Part shown: in pieces, positions 9,265 through 15,622 of the stretch
Numbering within the stretch: the first letter of the stretch is position 1
Layout: the number at the start of each line of letters is the position of its first letter
Assembly: GCA_029260135.1 (NCBI GenBank)
Contig: JAJDDV010000021.1
Span: 1 to 15,622 of the forward strand
Length of the DNA: 15,622 nt
Source of the DNA: Phycisphaerae bacterium
GTDB taxonomy: Bacteria > Planctomycetota > Phycisphaerae > UBA1845
Direction: 5' to 3'
Program-made: the position numbers and the translations under genes
Notes under the pieces: model-generated
What the model saw: only the letters and a program-made list of their open reading frames with translations
Database searches by the model: none
What the model was told of the DNA's origin: nothing

Positions 9265-10268
9265 CCGTATACGAAATCCCGTCAACACCAAAGACACTGC
9301 TTCATCGAATCGTGCAGTTTCGCATGCCGGTTGTCCTGGCCCTACTCATCGTCATGGTCACCGTCTTGACCGACGGCTCATTCGCCAAACCCGCCAACCT
9401 CGTCAACGTCGCACGCCAGATTTCCTTCGAAGCACTGATCGCCTTCGGGATGACCCTCGTCATTGTAACCGGCGGAATCGACCTGTCCGTGGGTTCGCTG
9501 GTCGCCCTGACGGGTGTTGCTGCAGCGCTCGTCATGCGCGCGACTCTCGACACACCGCCTGCGGTCTGCATCTCGGCAGGACTGATGGCCGGCTGCGGCG
9601 TGGGCGCGCTCTTCGGAACCACTTCAGGCATCATCGTCACGAGGTTCTCCATTCCACCCTTCATCGTTACGCTCGCCGCCATGCTGATCGCAAGGGGCTT
9701 TGCCTTCATCGTCTGCAACGGCCAACCCGTCTATGAACTCCCGAAAGACCTGATCTATCTCGGCCGCGGCTTCGTACTGGAAAGCGCGATCGGGAGAGTC
9801 CTCCCAGTACCGGTGCTGCTCCTGCTACTCGGATTTGCAGGGTTTCATATACTCTTGTCTCGAACCGTCATGGGACGTCGCGTCATCGCAGTCGGAAGCA
9901 ACGAAGAAGCCGCAAGACTCGCGGGCATTCCCGTCCGACGCACCAAACTCCTGGTCTACATGATCACCGGAGGACTGTGCGGAATCGTCGGCCTGCTTCA
10001 AGATGCCAAGCTGATGGCCGGCGACCCCAAAGTCGGCGAAATGTGGGAACTCAACGTCATCGCCGCCGTCGTCGTCGGAGGAACATCCCTCTTCGGCGGA
10101 CGCGGCACCATCGCCGGAACGCTGATCGGCGCGCTCATCATCGGCGTCCTCAACAACAGCCTGAACTTGCTGCACGTCGAGCACTTCTGGCAGAAGGTCG
10201 TACTCGGTCTAGTCATCCTCCTGGCTGCACTGCTCGACGCAGCACTGCGGCGACTAGGCCGCCGTTAG
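9261..10268 (+). CDS. Sugar ABC transporter permease (RbsC/BPD_transp_2 family), 335 aa
   Basis: It is polytopic with about 8-10 TM helices and the typical RbsC-like core (TGGIDLSVGS...ARGFAFIV...GGTSLFGGRGTIAGTLIGALIIGVL). The ATGA start/stop overlap with the ATPase gene indicates translational coupling. Confidence 0.9.
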   Translation: MTVYEIPSTPKTLLHRIVQFRMPVVLALLIVMVTVLTDGSFAKPANLVNVARQISFEALIAFGMTLVIVTGGIDLSVGSLVALTGVAAALVMRATLDTPPAVCISAGLMAGCGVGALFGTTSGIIVTRFSIPPFIVTLAAMLIARGFAFIVCNGQPVYELPKDLIYLGRGFVLESAIGRVLPVPVLLLLLGFAGFHILLSRTVMGRRVIAVGSNEEAARLAGIPVRRTKLLVYMITGGLCGIVGLLQDAKLMAGDPKVGEMWELNVIAAVVVGGTSLFGGRGTIAGTLIGALIIGVLNNSLNLLHVEHFWQKVVLGLVILLAALLDAALRRLGRR

Positions 10269-10276
10269 AAGCTCGA

Positions 10277-10912
10277 TCATCCAGCGCCGCTCCGAGCCTC
10301 GCTCCACCCGCATTCGGGACACGAGGAGTCGACATCGTGCCCGAACAGATCGTAACCGCAGGCTTCACACACCCGTAACCCTATGGAACCCAGCGCACGG
10401 CGCACGGTCCGCAACCGACCAATCCGTCGCACATCCCACGGCAGGATCCAGCGATACGTCGCAAACACCACCACCACACCGACAACCGTCACGTGAACCG
10501 CCAAGTTCCCAACACCAAATGCGTTCACGGCAAGCCAGACCACGGGAAACACCAGCAAACCCATCGAGTAAAACGGGCGAACCGCGAACACCACCGCCGC
10601 CCCCGAGATCGTATCTTCAATCCCCAAGAACACGCGAGGCCACGCGTTGACGCTCTTCGCAATTTGCCGAAAGCAGAACCCGCCCGACACTTCTCGCCCG
10701 ACGAGTCCGTCCGCGCCGAGCTGTGCTCGAACAGCACCAAGAACCTGATCCACCGATCCGCGCGTCTGCCACCGCTCACGAAGAATCGCAGGCCCACGAC
10801 GATAGTACCATCCGGAAAGATGATAGTAGGCACTGACCTCGATCACGTGCACAACCATGATCAGCACGAAGGCCGAAACCGAAAACTGAATGCCCGACGG
10901 AATCCCAAACAC
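10277..10912 (-). CDS. Hypothetical 4-TM membrane protein with C-terminal C4 zinc-ribbon (CEACGYDLFGHDVDSSCPECG), 211 aa
   Basis: There are four hydrophobic segments and then a cytoplasmic CxxC-X14-CxxC tail. The GTG start at 10910-10912 has GGGAGGG 12 nt upstream. Codon third positions are G/T-enriched relative to the C-ending preference of neighbouring genes. No family was recognised by eye. The overlapping plus-strand ORF 10493-11065 is His/Arg/Pro-rich junk. Confidence 0.55.
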   Translation of the reverse strand: MFGIPSGIQFSVSAFVLIMVVHVIEVSAYYHLSGWYYRRGPAILRERWQTRGSVDQVLGAVRAQLGADGLVGREVSGGFCFRQIAKSVNAWPRVFLGIEDTISGAAVVFAVRPFYSMGLLVFPVVWLAVNAFGVGNLAVHVTVVGVVVVFATYRWILPWDVRRIGRLRTVRRALGSIGLRVCEACGYDLFGHDVDSSCPECGWSEARSGAG

Positions 10913-11271
10913 GAAACGTCACAACCCTCCCGTAGAAAGCAGCCCCTAGGACCGATGCCGAACTTGATGCGACGACCGCATCGCCTCGACATCACCGACA
11001 CTCATTTCGCAATCCCGAGAATACCGCGCTGCCCCCTTCTCCGACAACCTGAGCAACATCTGTGATAGAGATTCTCGGACGCTCAAAGCGCCCGGAGCAG
11101 ATTCGATGAACCTCCGCCCTTATCCCTTTTCCGCCCGCCTCCGCCTGCCGATATGCCCCCTATCACACGGGGAAGGAAGCCGACCGGGACGTGGGAACAC
11201 GAGAACCGAATCGTTCGGTGTTCCCGCTGTCAAGATTCGATTCGCTTCTGGATTCCGAGGAGCACATCTCT
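10913..11271. promoter_or_regulatory. Divergent intergenic region with an inverted repeat GAACCGAA-tcg-TTCGGTGTTC (11203-11223) and SD GAGGAG (11257-11262) for the Pro-rich gene
   Basis: The gap is 359 bp between divergent starts. The perfect core CCGAAtcgTTCGG lies about 55 nt upstream of ATG 11272. The RBS GAGGAG lies 9 nt upstream of the ATG. Confidence 0.35.
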
Positions 11272-13875
11272 ATGGAAACGCTGACAAGACTTGGAAAAAG
11301 GTGGCACCGATGGCTGACGCTCTCGGTTGTAGCCACCGTCGCCGGATGTGGGTCGACAAACGCACTCACGGACGGCTCGGACACCACGGACACCGACGGA
11401 ACCGAAACCGCAACCGCCAAGGCCTATCAAAGCCCCGGCGGAACGTCCGACCTCAGCATCGGCGCCTCGGACCAAGGCACCGCCACGCTGAAGTCTTTCG
11501 ATCCCGGTGCCTTCGTCCGAACCGCACAAACATCCGACGAAGCCGATGACGACGCGATCACGACGGCCCAGGATGGCGGAGGAGATCCACCCCCGCCACC
11601 GCCACCGGATGATCCGCCACCGCCGCCGCCCGACGATCCGCCACCACCGCCGCCGGACGACCCGCCACCACCGCCTGACGATGGAACGCCGCCGCCCGAT
11701 GGCGGAACGCCGCCGCCCGACGGTGGAACGCCACCGCCCGATGGTGGAACGCCACCGCCTGACGGTGGAACGCCACCGCCCGACGGAGACCACCCCCCGC
11801 CCCCCGACGGTAACTACCCCCCACCGCCGGACGGATCAATGCCGCCACCCGATGGGAACCACCCCCCGCCTCCCGACGGAGACTACCCCCCACCTCCCGA
11901 CGGCTCCTATCCGCCACCTGACGGAGACTACCCCCCACCTCCCGACGGCTCCTATCCGCCACCGCCGGACGGAGACTACCCCCCGCCGCCGGACGGAACC
12001 TATATGCCACCGCCGCCGCACTTCGCCCCGCCGCCCGATGGCTCCGGCGGTGATCTTCCTCCGCCTCCCGAGTTCTTCGATGGTGGTGGAGAGTTCTTCA
12101 TGCCGCCACCCGACTTCCACGGCGACGGCTCCTTCTACATCCCTCCGCCACCCGGCGGTTTCGAAGGTGACGGCGGGTTCTTCGCGCCGCCGGAGGGGCT
12201 GGACGAAGACGGGTTCTTCTTCATTCCTCCGGAAGGTGTCGATGCCGGTGCCGTGTTCCTTCCACCCCCACCGCCCGAATTCGTAGGTGAGGGCTTCTTC
12301 TTCCCGCCCCCCGAAGGACAACGTCCCGACAAGGGCTTCGATGCGCCGTCCGATTTCTTCGACGTCTATCACGAGTTCCCACCGCCTCCGCCCGAGTTTG
12401 AAGGCACATGGCAGCCGCCGCCGCCGGACGAATGGGACGGCTCCGCGGGCTGGGTGCCGCCACCGCCCGACCAGCTCTACGGCGGAGAAGACGACTGGCA
12501 TCCCCCGCCGCCTCCGATGGGCTGGCAGGGCGAGTGGTTCCCGCCACCCCCGCCTCCGCCCGGAATGGAGGATCTACCCGAAACCTTCTTCTTCTCCAAC
12601 AAGTTCGACGACTTCATGACGACCGACGTCCTGGCGGATCCGAACTTCGAAAACGTACCCCCGCCGTTCGAACAGATTCCCTTCGATCGGTTCCTCGAAT
12701 CCCACACCATTCACGACATCATCCCGGGCGTACCGCCGAAGTTCGAGCACGGCCACTTCGGTGAATTCGAATTCGGCGCCGTACCGCCACCGCCGCCGGG
12801 ATTTCCGCCCTTCCCACCGCCGCCCGACGTGATGGCACGCTTCGGAAACTTCGGCGCCGCGTTCGGTCCTCCGCCGCCGCCGCCACCGGGAGGTTTCCCC
12901 GACGGCGTACCACCCCCGGGTTTCTTCCCCGACGGTGTTCCACCAGGACCGCCCCCGGATCTTCCAGAAGAGTTCTTCGCGTTCCAGCAGAAGCTCGACG
13001 GACTCAACGTCTTCCTCGAAGGCTACATGCCGCCCCCGCCTCCGGACGGCCAGTTCCCGCCGGGCGACGGACCCTTCCCACCGGGTGATGGACCATTCCC
13101 ACCGGGTGACATGCCCTTCCCGCCGCCGGACGGATTCCGTCCACCAGCCGACTTCCTCGCCTTCGAGGAGATCGCGGAGTTCCTGCCCGAGGACTTCATG
13201 CCGCCCGAGCAGGCCATGGATACCCTCGCCAAGTTCGGCACCGATCACCCGCTGATCGGCGAAGGCGGAAAGGTGAATCCGACCCTCGAGTCAAAAATGG
13301 ACGAGCACCCGCCCGTTCCCGATGGCTTCGACGGATTCGACTTCACGGGTGACACGCCGCAGTTCGACGACATGTTCACCGTCTACGACGAAGACAACAC
13401 GGGCCAAACCCAAACCGGACAGGTCAACGCGACCTTCTCCGACGTCCTCGAGGACGGTACGCTCGTCGACCTCAGCGGAACGAGCGTCATCGAGACCGTT
13501 CAAGGTGAAGCCACACCCATGGTCGAAATGGATGACGGCGTCTTTCAGACGCAATGGGTCGTCAACATCCGGCAGGTGGATACCTCGCAGATTCAGATCG
13601 AGAATCCCGACGACCCCGGCGCCGCCGTCGAAGCGGAGCAGATACGCGAGGTGCTCAGCCAGATGACTTGGACCATGCTCGTACAGGAAGTGGATACCGA
13701 CGGTGACGGAACGCCCGACGAATTCCGAGTGAGTGGTTCCAACACGGTGAAAATGCTGAGCGACACGGTCGAGGGTGGACCCCCGGACGGCTTCCCGCCG
13801 CTCCCGCCGCCGCCACCGCTCGTGCTCCCGCTCGACTTTGAAGGAGTGCTCGATCCCGGCGCGTCATCAGAATAG
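11272..13875 (+). CDS. Giant proline-rich, acidic, aromatic-rich repetitive lipoprotein (867 aa) of unknown function
   Basis: The ATG at 11272 has a good SD. The lipoprotein signal peptide is METLTRLGKRWHRWLTLSVVATVAGC (lipobox VAGC). After a Thr/Asp-rich N-terminal segment of about 100 aa come regular repeats: (DDPPPPPP)x4, (DGGTPPP)x5 and (DG[DNST][YHM]PPPP)x9. About 350 aa of degenerate [F/W/Y]-PPPP-[D/E] units follow (EFPPPPPEFEG, WFPPPPPPPGMEDLPE, FLPPPPPEFVGEGFFFPPPEG, PFPPGDGPFPPGDGPFPPGD). A non-repetitive acidic C-terminal region of about 170 aa contains a DTDGDGTPDE Ca-binding-like loop. Codon third positions are C/G-biased and there are no internal stops. The antisense frames are Arg/Trp-rich artefacts. 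Confidence 0.8.
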   Translation: METLTRLGKRWHRWLTLSVVATVAGCGSTNALTDGSDTTDTDGTETATAKAYQSPGGTSDLSIGASDQGTATLKSFDPGAFVRTAQTSDEADDDAITTAQDGGGDPPPPPPPDDPPPPPPDDPPPPPPDDPPPPPDDGTPPPDGGTPPPDGGTPPPDGGTPPPDGGTPPPDGDHPPPPDGNYPPPPDGSMPPPDGNHPPPPDGDYPPPPDGSYPPPDGDYPPPPDGSYPPPPDGDYPPPPDGTYMPPPPHFAPPPDGSGGDLPPPPEFFDGGGEFFMPPPDFHGDGSFYIPPPPGGFEGDGGFFAPPEGLDEDGFFFIPPEGVDAGAVFLPPPPPEFVGEGFFFPPPEGQRPDKGFDAPSDFFDVYHEFPPPPPEFEGTWQPPPPDEWDGSAGWVPPPPDQLYGGEDDWHPPPPPMGWQGEWFPPPPPPPGMEDLPETFFFSNKFDDFMTTDVLADPNFENVPPPFEQIPFDRFLESHTIHDIIPGVPPKFEHGHFGEFEFGAVPPPPPGFPPFPPPPDVMARFGNFGAAFGPPPPPPPGGFPDGVPPPGFFPDGVPPGPPPDLPEEFFAFQQKLDGLNVFLEGYMPPPPPDGQFPPGDGPFPPGDGPFPPGDMPFPPPDGFRPPADFLAFEEIAEFLPEDFMPPEQAMDTLAKFGTDHPLIGEGGKVNPTLESKMDEHPPVPDGFDGFDFTGDTPQFDDMFTVYDEDNTGQTQTGQVNATFSDVLEDGTLVDLSGTSVIETVQGEATPMVEMDDGVFQTQWVVNIRQVDTSQIQIENPDDPGAAVEAEQIREVLSQMTWTMLVQEVDTDGDGTPDEFRVSGSNTVKMLSDTVEGGPPDGFPPLPPPPPLVLPLDFEGVLDPGASSE
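11584..12030 (+). repeat. In-frame tandem DNA repeat arrays inside the Pro-rich gene: 24-bp x4, 21-bp x5, 24-bp x about 9, including an exact 44-bp tandem duplication (11875-11918 and 11920-11963)
   Basis: This was read directly from the sequence. The unit gat-ccg-cca-ccg-ccg-ccg-ccc-gac is iterated. The unit ggt-gga-acg-cca-ccg-ccc-gac is iterated five times. The segment gacggagactaccccccacctcccgacggctcctatccgccacc occurs twice, 44/44 identical, 45 nt apart. Confidence 0.9.
13054..13137 (+). repeat. Four 21-bp in-frame tandem repeats (FPPGDGP units) in the distal part of the Pro-rich gene
   Basis: The segment is ttcccgccgggcgacggaccc / ttcccaccgggtgatggacca / ttcccaccgggtgacatgccc / ttcccgccgccggacggattc. 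Confidence 0.85.
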
Positions 13876-13906
13876 AAGCACCAAGGAATCACTGAGTAAC
13901 AACAAC

Positions 13907-13945
13907 GCCGCCCCGGGGTCGCATCCCTGGGGCGGCGTTTCTTTT
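13907..13945. terminator. Bidirectional Rho-independent terminator between the convergent Pro-rich gene and icd
   Basis: The hairpin is GCCGCCCC-ggggtcgcatccct-GGGGCGGC (8-bp GC stem). It is followed on the plus strand by GTTTCTTTTC. On the minus strand it is flanked by GTTGTTGTTACTC. It lies 31 nt after the Pro-rich gene stop and 27 nt after the icd stop. Confidence 0.65.
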
Positions 13946-13971
13946 CATCCATCGGCGCCGTGAAGCAACGC

Positions 13972-15279
13972 TCAGTCCATGTGCTTCACGATCGCGTCGC
14001 CGAACTCGCTGCACTTGAGAAGCTTCGCGTCGACGCCCTCCGCACGCATCAAACGCTCGAAGTCATAAGTGACCTCTTTCGCCCCGATCGCGCCGTCCAT
14101 CCCCTTGATAATCAGGTCCGCCGCCTCCGTCCAGCCCATGTAACGCAGCATCAGCTCACCCGAGAGAATCACGCTGCCGGGGTTCACCTTGTCCTGATCC
14201 GCGTACTTCGGCGCCGTACCGTGCGTCGCCTCGAAGATCGCATGCCCGGTGTCATAGTTGATATTCCCGCCCGGCGCGATCCCGATCCCGCCGACCTGAG
14301 CCGCCAACGCGTCAGAGAGATAGTCACCGTTCAGATTCAACGTCGCAATCACGTCGAACTCGCGAGGACGCGTCAACACCTGCTGCAACGCAATATCCGC
14401 GATCGCGTCCTTCACCAGAATCTTCCCAGCCGCCATCGCCGATTCCTGCTCCGCGTTGGCCGCCTCTTCCCCCTTCTCCTTCTTCGTGATCTCCCAGCGC
14501 GACCACGTGTACGTCTTGTCGGCGTATTCCTCGTCGGCAACCTCGTAGCCCCAGTCACGGAACGCCCCCTCCGTGTACTTCATGATGTTGCCTTTGTGTA
14601 CGAACGTCACGCTCTTGCGCCCGTTCTGCATCGCGTAGTTGATCGCCGCGCGAATCAACCGCTTGCTCCCCTCACTGCTGACCGGCTTGATCCCGATCCC
14701 GCTCGTGGCCGGGAACCGAATATTCTGAACGTCCATCGCGTCCTGAAGGAACGCGATCACGCGCTTCGCTTCCGGCGTCCCGCTCGCCCACTCGATCCCG
14801 GCGTAGATGTCCTCCGTGTTCTCACGGAAGATCGCCATATCGACCAGCTCAGGCCGCTTCACCGGTGAAGGGACCCCCGTGAAGTATCGAACCGGACGAA
14901 GACACGTATACAAATCCAGCTTCTGACGCAACGCGACGTTCAGCGATCGAATCCCGCCGCCGATCGGCGTCGTCAGAGGTCCCTTGATCCCGACCAGATA
15001 CGACCGAAACGCCTCGACCGTATCCTCCGGAAGCCACGTCCCGTATTTGTCATACGACTTCTGCCCGGCAAAAACCTCGAACCAGACAATCTTACGCTTC
15101 GAACCATACGCCTTCGCCACCGCCGCATCAAAGACACGCACCGACGCCCGCCAGATGTCGCGCCCGATGCCGTCCCCCTCGACAAACGGAACGACCGGCT
15201 CGTCCGGAACACTGAGCCCCTTGTCCGACATCGTAATCAGGCTGCCTGTTGTGGGAGGCGTCAGATGATCGAATTCCAT
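13972..15279 (-). CDS. icd: NADP-dependent isocitrate dehydrogenase, homodimeric E. coli-type, 435 aa
   Basis: It is near-colinear with E. coli Icd throughout. Matching segments include [41 protein letters not shown], the phospho-regulatory serine context, [62 protein letters not shown] and VTYDFERLM...[12 protein letters not shown]. The ATG is at 15277-15279. Confidence 0.95.
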   Translation of the reverse strand: MEFDHLTPPTTGSLITMSDKGLSVPDEPVVPFVEGDGIGRDIWRASVRVFDAAVAKAYGSKRKIVWFEVFAGQKSYDKYGTWLPEDTVEAFRSYLVGIKGPLTTPIGGGIRSLNVALRQKLDLYTCLRPVRYFTGVPSPVKRPELVDMAIFRENTEDIYAGIEWASGTPEAKRVIAFLQDAMDVQNIRFPATSGIGIKPVSSEGSKRLIRAAINYAMQNGRKSVTFVHKGNIMKYTEGAFRDWGYEVADEEYADKTYTWSRWEITKKEKGEEAANAEQESAMAAGKILVKDAIADIALQQVLTRPREFDVIATLNLNGDYLSDALAAQVGGIGIAPGGNINYDTGHAIFEATHGTAPKYADQDKVNPGSVILSGELMLRYMGWTEAADLIIKGMDGAIGAKEVTYDFERLMRAEGVDAKLLKCSEFGDAIVKHMD

Positions 15280-15530
15280 CGCTGCTTAACCTTTCTGATT
15301 CTGAGAGTGTTCGGACGGGCGAATCGCTTCGATAGGTCGAGATCGCCCCCCTTCCAGGCGGTGCGGAGGTCCACCGCGGCTCACCGCCAAAGCTCCGCCA
15401 TCTTAGCCCCCCACGTCCCCCCGTCAACGACCCTGCCCCTCCAGCACCGACCGACTCGTTGCGGCCACCGACAGCGATCAGAACCACGACAGTGATGGAG
15501 TGGGCAAAGCAAACTAGTCAGAGACGCCGG

Positions 15531-15622
15531 GTGCCATGCCAACCACTGTAGCGCCACCCCTTGTGGGTGGCGCCTCGCCCGATCCAACCCGCGACAGTCA
15601 TGGAGCGGACGTGTGCCATGCC
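15531..15622. repeat. Perfect 9-bp GC hairpin (GCGCCACCC-cttgt-GGGTGGCGC, 15551-15573) flanked by 10-bp direct repeats GTGCCATGCC (15531-15540 and 15613-15622) at the window edge
   Basis: This was read directly. The segment agt[g/c]ATGGAG[t/c]GG...GTGCCATGCC also appears twice (15491-15540 and 15597-15622) with an indel. No T-run follows the hairpin on either strand. Confidence 0.5.

Noticed and set aside
10493-11065. A 190-aa plus-strand ORF overlaps the zinc-ribbon membrane gene and the intergenic region.
   Set aside because: It is His/Arg/Pro/Asn-rich with no hydrophobic core or motifs. The opposite-strand ORF has coherent TM helices and a Zn-ribbon.
11061-11167. An 8-bp inverted repeat TGTGATAG (11061-11068) / CTATCACA (11160-11167) lies 91 bp apart in the divergent intergenic region.
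   Set aside because: By a rough estimate, an 8-mer reverse complement within 100 bp somewhere in a 360-bp region has a chance probability near 0.5. It was not treated as an operator without conservation data.
11106-11549. A 147-aa plus-strand ORF (MNLRPYPFSARLRL...) spans the start of the Pro-rich gene in another frame.
   Set aside because: It is Arg-rich and low complexity with no RBS. It overlaps a gene with a strong SD and a lipoprotein signal in the correct frame.
11584-12030. A regular 21-24-bp tandem DNA periodicity that a repeat finder might flag as a CRISPR-like or minisatellite array.
   Set aside because: The units are contiguous with no spacers. They are in-frame codon repeats inside a long intact ORF with a signal peptide. 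No cas genes or leader are present.
11230-13248. There is a series of minus-strand ORFs (11230-11793, 11558-12010, 11836-12501, 12574-13248 and others). They encode Arg/Trp/Gly-rich peptides such as RRWRSTVRRWRSTIGRWRST, which look superficially like RW-rich antimicrobial peptides.
   Set aside because: They are the antisense reading of the CCG/CCA/CCC proline codon repeats (CGG/TGG). They have no start or RBS support. They are ultra-low complexity and tile the same DNA in several frames.
2470-14406. The HIP1-like palindrome GCGATCGC occurs 4 times in the window (2471, 3548, 6312, 14399) against roughly 0.6 expected from base composition.
   Set aside because: The counts are too small. Three of the four are inside coding regions where Ala-Ile-Ala-type codon context can explain the enrichment. 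It needs genome-wide k-mer statistics before any claim about a HIP1-like element or GATC methylation.

Overview
This is a high-GC (about mid-60s %) bacterial chromosomal window with no mobile-element, CRISPR or rRNA signatures. On the minus strand it carries a tRNA-Val(GAC) at the left edge, an NfeD-flotillin (SPFH) two-gene operon with a terminator, and a large secreted GH38 alpha-mannosidase with C-terminal Fn3/CHB_HEX-like and PA14 domains. On the plus strand there is an RbsB/A/C-like monosaccharide ABC transporter (binding lipoprotein, double-NBD ATPase, permease). A small 4-TM membrane protein with a C-terminal CxxC...CxxC zinc ribbon lies on the minus strand. Divergent from it is an 867-aa, extremely proline-rich, acidic, aromatic-rich repetitive lipoprotein with no recognisable enzymatic domain. 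A bidirectional terminator and a convergent E. coli-type NADP isocitrate dehydrogenase (icd) complete the window. The most unusual element is the Pro-rich lipoprotein. It contains nested in-frame 21-bp and 24-bp tandem repeat arrays, including an exact 44-bp tandem duplication. It also carries many [F/W/Y]PPPP(D/E) motifs resembling eukaryotic EVH1/profilin ligands (ActA/formin-FH1-like). Most other overlapping ORFs in the six-frame track are Arg-rich antisense artefacts of the high GC content. Phylum is uncertain; a Planctomycetes/Verrucomicrobia-like source is suggested by gene content and Shine-Dalgarno usage but cannot be established without searches.
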